DNA of 64,000 bases from an uncultured Candidatus Binatia bacterium (GCA_965213675.1 OZ243916.1:128001-192000), one strand, 5' to 3'; positions 49,601 through 57,984 are shown, numbered from the stretch's first letter. The notes: generated from the letters alone by a model not told the origin. A program made the numbers and translations.

Positions 49601-52600
49601 GTTACGATCACGGGCGGCGCGGACGTAACGGAGGGCGGCGATGCGCTGTTCACATTGAAGGCGGCACCGGCGCCTGCGGCGGCGCTGACGGTGGAGGTTC
49701 ATTTGAAGGCGCCGACGGGGGAGTTCACGGCGCTGGCGTCCGACGGGGCGAAGGTGGAGCGCGTGACGATACCGACGGGCGGGACGGCGCAATTGAAGGT
49801 GGCGACCATCGACGACACGACGGATGAGCCTGACGGGTCGGTCAGCGCGACGCTGGTGGCGGGGGATGGTTACACGGTGTCGGCGACGGCGGGGCAGGCT
49901 GCGGTGCCGGTTCTCGACAACGATGACCCGGCGCCGGTGGTGCCGGAGGTTACGATCACGGGCGGCGCGGACGTAACGGAGGGCGGCGATGCGCTGTTCA
50001 CATTGAAGGCGGCACCGGCGCCTGCGGCGGCGCTGACGGTGGAGGTTCATTTGAAGGCGCCGACGGGGGAGTTCACGGCGTTGGCGTCCGACGGGGCGAA
50101 GGTGGAGCGCGTGACGATACCGACGGGCGGGACGGCGCAATTGAAGGTGGCGACCATCGACGACACGACGGACGAGCCTGACGGGTCGGTCAGCGCGACG
50201 CTGGTGGCGGGGGATGATTACACGGTGTCGGCGACGGCGGGGCAGGCTGCGGTGTCGGTTCTCGACAACGATGACCCGGCGCCGGAGGTATCGATCACCG
50301 CGGGGCCGGACATCACATTGGGGCGGGAGGCGGTGTTCACGCTGACGGCGGCCCCGGCGCCATCGGCGGCGTTGGAGGTCAAGGTGGCGGTGACCGAGAC
50401 CGATTCGAGCGGCGACGCGGTGGAGAGCACGCGTCGCGTGACCATCCCGGTGGGCGGAACCGTAGAGTTGCGCCTTGGCACGCCGTACAACAAGGTTGGC
50501 GACCCGGACAATCCTGGTGACGCCGACGAACCGGACCGCAGGTACACGGCGGCACTCGTTTCCGGGGCGGGCTACGCGGTGTCGGGCGACGCCAGCCGGG
50601 CGGAGGTGTCGGTGTTTGATCCGCCAATGGTGGTGTTCCACGACGCCAAGGGCACGGAGGGGAGCGCTCTCGTATTCACGGCCAAGCTGACGAGTCCTTC
50701 GCCTGGGGGTGTGTCGGTTTTCTGGGAGACGGCTGGTTTGTGGGAGCGGGACATGGTCCGGGAGGCGGAGGCGGGTGTGGACTACGAGACCGCCAGCGGG
50801 ACGCTGGACTTCGCGTTGGGTGAGGTGGAGAAGACGCTGACGGTGGAGACGTACGACAACACCCGCAACGACGTGGACAAGCTTTTCCAGGTGAGGATGA
50901 CTGGCGCGAAACGGATCATGCAAAGCAGGCGATTTCCCCACGCGGTGGGCACGATCCTGGACGATGACGATCCGGGGGTGAGTGTGCATATACACGACGC
51001 GGAGGGCGCGGAGGGGAGCGTCCTGGAGTTTTCGGTGACGTTGTCGAAGCCGTCGCCTGGGGGAGTGTGGGTCACATGGGTGACGGCGGACGGGGCGGCG
51101 AAGGCGGGTGTGGATTACGAGGCGGCCAGCGGCAGGCTGGAATTTGCGTTGGGCGAGGTGAAGAAGACGCTGTCGGTGCGGACGCTGGACGACGCTCACA
51201 ATGATTCGGGCGAAACGTTCCATGTGGTGCTTGACGGCACGAAGGGCGTGAGGAACCCCCGGGTCGGCGGACGCTTCAAAGCCACGGGCACTATCCTCAA
51301 CCACGATCCCATGCCCAAGGCCTATATGGCCCGTTTCGGGCGTGCGGTGGCCGAGCAAGCGCTCGACGCCATCGCGAATCGCCTGGAGGCGCCGCGCAGG
51401 GACGGCTTCGAGGCCCGGTTTGCCGGTTACTCGCTCGCGGTGGGCGCGCCAGTGATTGACGCAGCGAATCGTCCGCCGAGCCGCGGCGCGATGGCGCATC
51501 CGCCCGGTATGGCGCCACACAGGGTCGGCGACAGCGTCACGAGACTGAACAGCGCCCCCCATGGCGCCATGGGCGTGAACCTCGGCCACAGGCTCGCGGG
51601 TAGCGCGTTCACGCTGACCGGTAGCGAAGCCGCCGAGGGGGGTAGCGTCGCATTCTGGGGCCGGGGCGCACAAACCCGCTTCGACAGCCGCGACGGCACG
51701 CTCGATCTCGAAGGAGAAATCGCCACCGCCCTGCTCGGCGCGGATTACGCGAAAGACAACTGGCTCGTCGGCGTGACGCTTGCGCACAGCCGGGGCGACG
51801 GCGATTACCGCGACGGGGCCGTTGCAGACCGCATGCCGGCAAATGGCGGTTCCGCGGTCAGATCCGGAATGGACCGATCCGTGGAGACCTCGTTGACGGC
51901 GGCGATTCCCTATGCGGCTTGGCGCGGCTCGGAGCGTTTGCAGGTCTGGGGCGCCACCGGCTACGGCAGGGGCAGGGCGACGCTCGTCCCCGGCGCTGGC
52001 CCGGCGATCAGGACGGACATGGACTGGACGATGGCGGCGGCGGGCCTGAGAAGCGCGCAGATTCTACCCGCCGCGGGCGGCGGCCCCTCGCTGGCGCTGG
52101 TTTCCGATGCGCTTTGGGCGCGCACGACGGCCGAAGCCGCCACCGGCCTCGCGGCAGCGGACGCCGGAGTGACGCGGTTGCGGCTCGGCTTGGAGGGAGG
52201 CTGGGCGTTCAACCTTGGCGACGGCACACTGAAGCCGAAGCTCGAACTCGGCGCCCGTCACGACGCCGGCGACGCCGAGACCGGTTTCGGGGTGGAACTC
52301 GGCGGCGGCCTTGCCTGGGTCGATTGGAATCGCGGCCTGCGCATCGAAATCGACGGCCGCACGCTGGTTGCGCATGCGGACAGTGGGTTCGAAGACCATG
52401 GGTTTTCGGCTTCCCTTGCCTACGACCCGACGCCGGACTCGGCGCGCGGGCTGTCGCTGACCCTACGCCAGGTTGCCGGCGCACCGGCCAAGGGCGGCCT
52501 CGACGCACTGTTCTCGAACAATCCGCTTGGGCATCGTCATGGCGGCGTGTTCGGCCAGGTTTACGCCGCGCGCTGGTCCACCGAGGCCGCCTACGGCCTG

Positions 52601-52804
52601 CCCGCGTTCGGCGGGAGGTTCACCGGTAGCCCGCATGTGGGCTACGGCACCTCAGCCTTTGGCCGCGACCTGAGCGTGGGCTGGCGGCTGACGCCGGCCC
52701 ATGGCGGCCCGGCCCTCTCGCTCGGGGCGCTGCTCACGCGGCGGGAGGCTGTGGCTGCAGCGCTGGAGTACGGCGTCGGCGTGGAGGCCAGGGCCCGGTG
52801 GTGA
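43604..52804 (+). CDS. Giant Calx-beta repeat surface protein with C-terminal autotransporter-like beta-barrel (true start uncertain, about 43652-43850)
   Basis: Signal-like segment AIWGLFAALALLLLGLAPVASA; repeated EG...F.V.L...A.AG.DY...G.L.F..GE...DD...TI.DDD; barrel motifs WGRG, LGADY, GARHDAGDAETGFG; ends in W. Confidence 0.92.
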   Translation: MGCCGSWSAMRDTGGSMPMSGDGSDTNSRDTTVSCRRGVLPRRLTHRLGESDRPAHRAAAFTPQLLRLSLPSRSPAPRRPSGMPIASTAPAPLLRVPSASFSRSRFSLPRAGSAIWGLFAALALLLLGLAPVASAVDDDPLSAMPEVSITAGPDITLGREAVFTLTAAPAPSAALEVKVAVTETDSSGDAVESTRRVTIPVGGTVELRLGTPYNKVGDPDNPGDADEPDRRYTAALVSGAGYAVSGDASRAEVSVFDPPMVVFHDAKGTEGSALVFTAKLTSPSPGGVSVFWETAGLWERDMVREAEAGVDYETASGTLDFALGEVEKTLTVETYDNTRNDVDKLFQVRMTGAKRIMQSRRFPHAVGTILDDDDPGVSVHIHDAEGAEGSVLEFSVTLSKPSPGGVWVTWVTADGAAKAGVDYEAASGRLEFALGEVKKTLSVRTLDDAHNDSGETFHVVLDGTKGVRNPRVGGRFHATGTILDDDNWPSFTPEVSVSAGSDVTEGGDAVFTLTADPPPQAPLAVEVQFKAPVGEFTALDSQHAKVEWVTIPAGGTVQWKVSTEDDETDEPDGLVSATLVPGAGYTVSATARLAAVAITDDDDPDDAGVSATIHDAQATEGSDIVFSVTLSEPSPGGVWISWATLDWPTALADIDYESASGRLEFAVGEVEKTLSVRTLGDNRHEMDEAFHVVFENSDGVMSPSAGGRFHAAGTILDDDPPAIMPEVSVVAVADVTEGGDAVFTLTADPAPPAPLAVDVRINAPAGDFTGLEPGGAAIEWVMIPPSGTAQWKVPTENDETDEPDGLVTATLVPGAGYTVSSTARLAAVAVFDDDDPEAAGVSATIHDAQATEGSDVVFSVTLSEPSPGGVWISWSTLDWPTAEAGVDYESASGRLEFAAGEVEKTLSVRTLDDDHNEVDEAFHVVFDNSEGVTSPSAGGRFHATGIVIDDDDPGVSATIHDAQGTEGSDIVFSVTLSEPSRGDVWISWATFDWSSTAEAGIDYEFASGRLEFAAGEVKKTLSVRTLDDDRHEADEVFHVVFGGTKGVRNAQVSGRFNATGTIIDDDPVVPEVTITGGADVTEGGDALFTLKAAPAPVAALTVEVHLKAPTGEFTALASDGAKVERVTIPTGGTAQLKVATIDDTTDEPDGSVSATLVAGEGYTVSATAGQAAVSVLDNDDPAPVVPEVTITGGADVTEGGDALFTLKAAPAPVAALTVEVHLKAPTGEFTALASDGAKVERVTIPTGGTAQLKVATIDDTTDEPDGSVSATLVAGDGYTVSATAGQAAVPVLDNDDPAPVVPEVTITGGADVTEGGDALFTLKAAPAPVAALTVEVHLKAPTGEFTALASDGAKVERVTIPTGGTAQLKVATIDDTTDEPDGSVSATLVAGDGYTVSATAGQAAVSVLDNDDPAPVVPEVTITGGADVTEGGDALFTLKAAPGPAAALTVEVHLKAPTGEFTALASDGAKVERVTIPTGGTAQLKVATIDDTTDEPDGSVSATLVAGDGYTVSATAGQAAVSVLDNDDPAPVVPEVTITGGADVTEGGDALFTLKAAPAPAAALTVEVHLKAPTGEFTALASDGAKVERVTIPTGGTAQLKVATIDDTTDEPDGSVSATLVAGDGYTVSATAGQAAVSVLDNDDPAPVVPEVTITGGADVTEGGDALFTLKAAPAPAAALTVEVHLKAPTGEFTALASDGAKVERVTIPTGGTAQLKVATIDDTTDEPDGSVSATLVAGEGYTVSATAGQAAVSVLDNDDPAPVVPEVTITGGADVTEGGDALFTLKAAPAPAAALTVEVHLKAPTGEFTALVSDGAKVERVTIPTGGTAQLKVATIDDTTDEPDGSVSATLVAGEGYTVSATAGQAAVSVLDNDDPAPVVPEVTITGGADVTEGGDALFTLKAAPAPAAALTVEVHLKAPTGEFTALASDGAKVERVTIPTGGTAQLKVATIDDTTDEPDGSVSATLVAGDGYTVSATAGQAAVSVLDNDDPAPVVPEVTITGGADVTEGGDALFTLKAAPAPAAALTVEVHLKAPTGEFTALASDGAKVERVTIPTGGTAQLKVATIDDTTDEPDGSVSATLVAGDGYTVSATAGQAAVPVLDNDDPAPVVPEVTITGGADVTEGGDALFTLKAAPAPAAALTVEVHLKAPTGEFTALASDGAKVERVTIPTGGTAQLKVATIDDTTDEPDGSVSATLVAGDDYTVSATAGQAAVSVLDNDDPAPEVSITAGPDITLGREAVFTLTAAPAPSAALEVKVAVTETDSSGDAVESTRRVTIPVGGTVELRLGTPYNKVGDPDNPGDADEPDRRYTAALVSGAGYAVSGDASRAEVSVFDPPMVVFHDAKGTEGSALVFTAKLTSPSPGGVSVFWETAGLWERDMVREAEAGVDYETASGTLDFALGEVEKTLTVETYDNTRNDVDKLFQVRMTGAKRIMQSRRFPHAVGTILDDDDPGVSVHIHDAEGAEGSVLEFSVTLSKPSPGGVWVTWVTADGAAKAGVDYEAASGRLEFALGEVKKTLSVRTLDDAHNDSGETFHVVLDGTKGVRNPRVGGRFKATGTILNHDPMPKAYMARFGRAVAEQALDAIANRLEAPRRDGFEARFAGYSLAVGAPVIDAANRPPSRGAMAHPPGMAPHRVGDSVTRLNSAPHGAMGVNLGHRLAGSAFTLTGSEAAEGGSVAFWGRGAQTRFDSRDGTLDLEGEIATALLGADYAKDNWLVGVTLAHSRGDGDYRDGAVADRMPANGGSAVRSGMDRSVETSLTAAIPYAAWRGSERLQVWGATGYGRGRATLVPGAGPAIRTDMDWTMAAAGLRSAQILPAAGGGPSLALVSDALWARTTAEAATGLAAADAGVTRLRLGLEGGWAFNLGDGTLKPKLELGARHDAGDAETGFGVELGGGLAWVDWNRGLRIEIDGRTLVAHADSGFEDHGFSASLAYDPTPDSARGLSLTLRQVAGAPAKGGLDALFSNNPLGHRHGGVFGQVYAARWSTEAAYGLPAFGGRFTGSPHVGYGTSAFGRDLSVGWRLTPAHGGPALSLGALLTRREAVAAALEYGVGVEARARW
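44035..45052 (+). repeat. ~1.0-kb direct repeat, copy 1
   Basis: Near-identical to 50281-51298 (offset 6246 bp, in frame). Confidence 0.93.
46802..50281 (+). repeat. 10 x 348-bp (116-aa) tandem repeat
   Basis: Unit starts at 46802, 47150, 47498, 47846, 48194, 48542, 48890, 49238, 49586, 49934. Confidence 0.97.
50281..51298 (+). repeat. ~1.0-kb direct repeat, copy 2
   Basis: Near-identical to 44035-45052. Confidence 0.93.
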
Positions 52805-52994
52805 CGGAGATCGTACCCGTGTCGTCACCGGCCGCCGTACTCTCGACAAGCAGATCAATGCACCCGCCGGCAGACTGCCGGTGGGCAAACGGTCCTGCGG
52901 TACGGGGACTTCCGCCGAGCCGCGGGTACCGTGATGCCAGGATCCCCGTACCGGCCACGGCACCGAAGACCGCCACGCGAACGGGAGGTCCTGT

Positions 52995-53945
52995 ATGCTG
53001 TTCATCAAGGAGACCCCGGCGGCGACCCTCATTTCCATGGCGCAGGCCATCGAGGCCGTGGAGGAGTCCCTGGTGGAGACCGCCCGCGGCAACGCCGTGG
53101 TGCTGCCGCGCCGGCGTATCCACCACACCAACCGGATGCTCTTCGGCGTGTTGCCGGGCTCGTTCAAGGGCGCCATGGGCGCGTACCTCCAGACTGACCA
53201 GGACCGCGCCATCCACCACGAAAGCGTCATCCTCTACAGCGTCGACACGGGCGAGCCGCTGATCCTGTTCCAGGACTGCGGCATCAACGAGCTTCGCACC
53301 GGCGCGGCCGGGGGCGTCGGCGCCAGGTATCTGGCTCCTGCCGGTGCCACCCGGGTGGCCGTGATCGGGAGCGAGAAGCACGCCTTCACCCAGCTTGAGG
53401 CGGTGTGCGCCGTGCGCGCCATCGAGGCCGTCCGGGTGTTCAGCCCCACCCAGGCGAACCGGCGTCGTTTCGCCGAACGCGCGGGGCCATCCCTGGACGT
53501 GGAGGCGACGGCGGTGGACAGCGCCGAGGCCGCGTTGGAGGGCGCGGACATCGTCATTACCGCCACCAATGCCCAGAGTCCGGTAGTTGACGGCCGCAGC
53601 CTGGATCCCGGCATGCACGTCACCTCCATCGCCAACGGCGACAAGACCCGCGTGCGCCAGGAACTCGACCACGACGCCATGCGCCGGGCCGCGCGTGTGT
53701 GCGTCACGTCCAAGGCCACCGTGGAAGCCAACGAAAGCGACCTGTTCCGGGCGGCGCGGGACGGGGTGTTGGACTGGGAAGGCGTGTGCGAGCTGGGCGA
53801 CGTCATCCTGGGCAACGCGCCAGGACGCACCGCGCCCGAAGAGATCACGTTGTTCAAGCTTCAGGGAATGGGGATCATGGACCTCGCCGTGGGGCTACGG
53901 GCGTACGAGGCCGTGAAGGACTCGGCGTCCGCGCAGCGGCTGTAA
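52995..53945 (+). CDS. Ornithine cyclodeaminase / mu-crystallin family protein
   Basis: LRTGAAGG, VIGS, ADIVITAT, GR...EITLFK.QGMGIMDL. Confidence 0.92.
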   Translation: MLFIKETPAATLISMAQAIEAVEESLVETARGNAVVLPRRRIHHTNRMLFGVLPGSFKGAMGAYLQTDQDRAIHHESVILYSVDTGEPLILFQDCGINELRTGAAGGVGARYLAPAGATRVAVIGSEKHAFTQLEAVCAVRAIEAVRVFSPTQANRRRFAERAGPSLDVEATAVDSAEAALEGADIVITATNAQSPVVDGRSLDPGMHVTSIANGDKTRVRQELDHDAMRRAARVCVTSKATVEANESDLFRAARDGVLDWEGVCELGDVILGNAPGRTAPEEITLFKLQGMGIMDLAVGLRAYEAVKDSASAQRL

Positions 53946-53961
53946 CGGACGGCGGGCCTCC

Positions 53962-54756
53962 TCAGCGCCGGGGCAGCCGCAGGATTTCCCGCCGCACCAT
54001 GTCCTGCCAGGACGTCCCGGGCCGGTCGGTCCAGTTGCCGGGCAGGTCGATGATCCGACCCTTGCGCTTGAACGCGTGGGCCAGGCCCAGAGCTTCGGCC
54101 AGCAGCGCTTGGTGCCGCCGCCGTGCCCGCGGGCGCCCGAAGGTGCGGCCCACGGGGTTGTCGACGCATACGGCCCGGGGCGGCTTGACCCGTTCCACGA
54201 TGTCGCGCACCGTGCCGATCAGGAGCGTCGGGATGCCCGAGGCTTCCACTGCGTTGGCGACGAGACTCACGGTCTCGTGGCAGTAGGGTCAGTAGGGGAC
54301 CATCAGCGCGAGGTCCACGCGCATGGACGCGAGCTTGCGCGCCAGCTCCGGCGCAAGCTTCCCGTTGACGGCGTCGTGATCGGAGACGCCCCCGTAGATG
54401 GAGAAGTGTCCGGGAGCCACGCTGCCGACCACGCCGTTGGCCGCGAGCTCCTGGAGCGCCCGTCTGGGAAAGGCGACTTCGGCGTCCATGCGCACGTGCC
54501 TGCCCACCGGCGAATGATGATCCACCGTCACGGCCACGTTCGGGTCCGCGGCGATGCGCCGGTGGCTCGTGTCGCCCCCGGCGGTGAAGGCGCGCTGGCG
54601 GGTCTCGCGGATGGCCGCGCTGGTGACCAGGCCGACGCGCATTTCGTTCAACGGCTTGGCGAGAGGCTGCCATGCGATCCTGGGCGCGCGCCGGAGCTTT
54701 CGCGGCGGCTTCGGAGCCGAGCGTTCCGCCAGTATGGGCCGATACTCCATTGCCAT
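53962..54756 (-). CDS. Glycine/betaine/sarcosine/D-proline reductase selenoprotein B-like protein (Sec at codon 156)
   Basis: ORFs 54289-54756 and 53962-54270 are in the same frame, joined by LMVPY-UGA-PYCHETVSLVANAVEASGIPT; KPLNEMRVGLVTSA, GDTSHR, FP, PPR motifs. Confidence 0.88.
54246..54286 (-). promoter_or_regulatory. Bacterial SECIS-like hairpin
   Basis: CUACUGC/GCAGUGG lower stem, ACGAGAC/GUCUCGU upper stem, CGUGA loop starting 17 nt after the UGA. Confidence 0.72.
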
Positions 54757-54935
54757 GTTCCATCCTCCCGGTTCGTTGTCACCGCGCCTTGCGGCGGAAG
54801 CTCCTGGCGCGCGTCACGGCCGCCGCGTCCTGTCCGTCGGATCGGTATCCACCGGCGCCTTCGTCGCGATCCGGTTGCCTTTCTCAAGCGTCGTCCAGTG
54901 AACGCCCCTCAACGCGTTCCTTCCCACGCGCCGCT

Positions 54936-57293
54936 TTACCACCAGCGCAGCAGCGGCACGATGCTCGTGTAGTCGTCCGTCCACAGCCGTCCGTCTCCGG
55001 CGGGTTCCAGCGGGACCCAGCTCGCATCGAGGTCGAGCGCCCGAAGTGTTTCATCCTGCCGGGCGAGCACCACCAGGTGCGAAGACGTCGAGGCCCTGGA
55101 CTTCCTCTGTTCCTCCGACGCGGCGTAGCGCTTGACGCGGGCCGCCATTCCGGTGTGCCTGGCGATGGCGGCGACCACGGGCTCGAGATGAAGATGCCGG
55201 TTGGAGATGTGGACCACGAGGATCCCGTCCGGGGCCAGGATGCGGCGGTAGCTCTGGAAAGCCTCCAGGGTCAGCAGGTGGACCGGGATGGCATCGGAGG
55301 TGAAGGCATCCAGGGCCAGGAAGTGGAACGCCGCCTCCTCGCGCGCCAGCAAGAGCCGCGCGTCGCCTGTGGCGATGAGCGCGTCCGGAGCGCAATTGCG
55401 CAACGCCGCGAAGTGTGTCCGGGCGAGGCGCACCACCGCAGGGTCGATCTCGTAGATGCGCACCTCATCGCCGGGACGCGCGAAACATGCCAGCGAACCG
55501 GTGCCCAGTCCGGCAATGCCCAGGACCAGCGGCGCGGGGCGGCGCGCCAGACTCGTCATGACTTCGGCATACGGGGTGCCCGGGCCGTAATAGGTGGTGA
55601 GGCTGTTGATGGTGCCGTCCGGGAGGCGCCGCTCGGCGCCGTGCAGGGTGGTGCCGTGGTAGAAGGAGCGCAACCCGTCCGAGTCCACGATCCGGTACAC
55701 GCCGAAAAAGGTGCGCTCGCGGGCGACAACCGCTCCGTCCCGGTCCCGCGCCACCAGGGACGGCACCAGGAACACAAGGAGAAGCGCGCCCGCGAGACAG
55801 GCGGGCCGCGACCGGAGGATGAGCAGGAGCGGCGCCGCGAACGCCACCACCACGACGATGGCGATGCTGACGGCGCCCGGCAACCGGGTGTAATAGCCGT
55901 AGAGAATGGCGAGTCCACATGCGACGATTCCCAGCGCGACGGCGACGGTGATCCATTGGCCGCGGCGCAGCACGCCGGCCGCCGCGGGAAGCAGCGCCGC
56001 CGTCATCACCAGGGCGATGGGGTACTCGTGGACATCGTTGAAGACCAGCGGCGCGACGAGCGCCACCAGCAGTCCGCCGATGAGTCCACCGGTGGAGACC
56101 AGGAGGTAGAAACGGGTCAGATCGGCTGCGGGCGGGCGCAGCCGGACCAGCGCCCCGTGGCAGTAGAGCGCGGCCAGCACGAAGACCGCGAGGTGAAAGA
56201 GGCCAAACGCCAGAGGGGCGGGGGAAAGCGGGTATGGAATGGCCAGGATGATGAGCGCCGGTGCGAGCGCACGCGCGAGGAGCCACTGAGGGATCAGCGT
56301 GCGGCGTGCGAAGGCATGCACGAAGGTGGCGAGGTAAAGCGCCAGCGGCACGATCCACAAGAGCGGCACGGCCGCCACGTCGGTGGTGAGAAATTGCGTG
56401 ACTGCAAGCAGCAGCGCGCTGGGCAGCGCGGTCAGCGCCAGGATACGCGCCACCGGCAGCGCGGCGGCGCCGGATTCCGTTGCGGTGATGTCGAGCTTTC
56501 GAGCCTCCTGGCCGGTGATCCGCCCGCCCGCCGTTGCCTCGCCCCGAAGGACAGGCGCGGCATCGGTTTCCCCGGTGCCGTGGCTGCGGGCCTGTCCCCG
56601 GGCGGCCGCGCGCCAAAGAATCGCGAGGAAGGGGGCCAGAGCCAGCGCTGCGGCGCTCCAGAGCCACGCCTGCCGGTCCAGTCCGAGGTAGGGTTCCAGG
56701 AGGAAAGGAAACGCCAGCAACGCGCCGGCGGAGCCCACGTTGGAGGCCGCGTACAGAAAATAGGGGTCGGCGGAAGCCTGTCCGGCGCCCGCCCGCGCGA
56801 GCCAACTCTGAACCAGAGGCGCGAGGGACGCCACCGCGACGAAGGCCACGCCGAGAGCGCCCGCGAGGGTGCCGAGAAGCCACAGGGCGGGCGCCAGGCC
56901 GGCTGGCGGCGTCTCGCCCAGGAGCCGCACTCCGCCGATGGGCGCGGTGACGGCGATGCCGGCCCACAGCGCGCCGAGCACGACAAGTTGCCCGGCGGGG
57001 GTGGCGTGGCGGGCGAGCCCGTGGGCCAGGGCGTAGCCGCCCAGCAGCGCGCCCTGGAAGAACACCATGGCGGTGTTCCACACCGCGGGCGAGCCGCCCA
57101 ACACTGGCAGGACTCCCCGCACCGCCAGCGGCTGCACCCAGAAGACGAGCCACGCGCCGGCGAATACGGCAACCCCGTAGAGCCACGCCGGCGGCGCGCC
57201 GTCACCGGAGGCCGCTGTCATCGTGGGCGGCGCGCCAGCGCGGGCCGTGGCGTGGCTCCGGTCCTGTGCGACTGCGTCGCCGCCCGACTCCAT
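54936..57293 (-). CDS. Fused MFS-like / spermidine-synthase-like SAM-dependent membrane protein
   Basis: GGSPAVW, DPYFLYAASNVGS, CHGAL, HGTTLHG, GLGTGSL, YEID, DAFTSDAIPVHLLT, WTDD. Confidence 0.9.
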   Translation of the reverse strand: MESGGDAVAQDRSHATARAGAPPTMTAASGDGAPPAWLYGVAVFAGAWLVFWVQPLAVRGVLPVLGGSPAVWNTAMVFFQGALLGGYALAHGLARHATPAGQLVVLGALWAGIAVTAPIGGVRLLGETPPAGLAPALWLLGTLAGALGVAFVAVASLAPLVQSWLARAGAGQASADPYFLYAASNVGSAGALLAFPFLLEPYLGLDRQAWLWSAAALALAPFLAILWRAAARGQARSHGTGETDAAPVLRGEATAGGRITGQEARKLDITATESGAAALPVARILALTALPSALLLAVTQFLTTDVAAVPLLWIVPLALYLATFVHAFARRTLIPQWLLARALAPALIILAIPYPLSPAPLAFGLFHLAVFVLAALYCHGALVRLRPPAADLTRFYLLVSTGGLIGGLLVALVAPLVFNDVHEYPIALVMTAALLPAAAGVLRRGQWITVAVALGIVACGLAILYGYYTRLPGAVSIAIVVVVAFAAPLLLILRSRPACLAGALLLVFLVPSLVARDRDGAVVARERTFFGVYRIVDSDGLRSFYHGTTLHGAERRLPDGTINSLTTYYGPGTPYAEVMTSLARRPAPLVLGIAGLGTGSLACFARPGDEVRIYEIDPAVVRLARTHFAALRNCAPDALIATGDARLLLAREEAAFHFLALDAFTSDAIPVHLLTLEAFQSYRRILAPDGILVVHISNRHLHLEPVVAAIARHTGMAARVKRYAASEEQRKSRASTSSHLVVLARQDETLRALDLDASWVPLEPAGDGRLWTDDYTSIVPLLRWW

Positions 57294-57296
57294 GCG

Positions 57297-57737
57297 TCAG
57301 CCCGTTTGGGAGGCGTCCTGGTTGACGTACACCGGTCCGCCCTTGCCGATGCGTTCCCGATCCTCCCGCGGCAGTTCCTTGATGTCCCGGCGCAGTTCGT
57401 AGTTGATGTGTTTGATGTCCTCGGACGGCCCGGAACGGTTGCCCATGAGGATCATCGGTCCGGCGCCGGTGTTCTCGAGCTGATAGAAGTCGCCGCCGTG
57501 AATGAGCGCCGCCATCCCCGGCTTCAGCACCGCCTTGCCGCCGTCGGGGAAATGCATGGTGCACTCGCCCTCCATCACGTAGAAGCTCTGGTCGGCGTTG
57601 TGGCAGTGCATGTCGTCCTTGTCGCCGGGCTCGCGATAGACGTGCACCCAGGTGTGGAAACGCTTGGTGTTCAGCACGACCTCGCGCTTCAGTTCCTTGC
57701 GTCCCTTCTCCATCAGATCCATGACTGCGATGGCCAT
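57297..57737 (-). CDS. Cupin domain protein
   Basis: MHCHNADQSFYVMEG, LKPG, YQLENTG. Confidence 0.88.
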   Translation of the reverse strand: MAIAVMDLMEKGRKELKREVVLNTKRFHTWVHVYREPGDKDDMHCHNADQSFYVMEGECTMHFPDGGKAVLKPGMAALIHGGDFYQLENTGAGPMILMGNRSGPSEDIKHINYELRRDIKELPREDRERIGKGGPVYVNQDASQTG

Positions 57738-57984
57738 GTCGTTTCTCCCTTCCGAGAAAGCTTCTCCGCCGATGCTTTCAACCCGTGACGCGGGCGGCGC
57801 CCGCGCCCACGCGGCCCGGCCTCCGTCACGCGGCGCGGTCCCACTTGTCGGTATCCACTTCCCATGTTCGTCCCTCTGCGTGCGGCGACAGCGCGCCGGT
57901 GCGGTTTGGCCGCGCCGATAGGGGTAGTGTATAGTCGCGTTTCAATCCTCCGCGCAACCTGCGCAAGAAGGGAGCAACCACGAC

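Noticed and set aside
46802-50281. Tandem repeats as a CRISPR array
   Set aside because: 348-bp in-frame coding units with no unique spacers and no cas genes.
44035-51298. 1-kb repeat pair as DGR template/variable regions
   Set aside because: No reverse transcriptase in the window; differences are few, mostly synonymous and not adenine-specific.
45785-51787. 2000-aa antisense ORF
   Set aside because: Arg/His-rich shadow of the repetitive GC-rich adhesin frame; no protein-like features.
1461-57788. Other long overlapping ORFs (e.g. 1461-3731+, 24200-26602-, 35002-37086-, 39565-41397-, 54672-57788+)
   Set aside because: Stop-poor alternative frames typical of high-GC DNA, overlapping well-supported genes.
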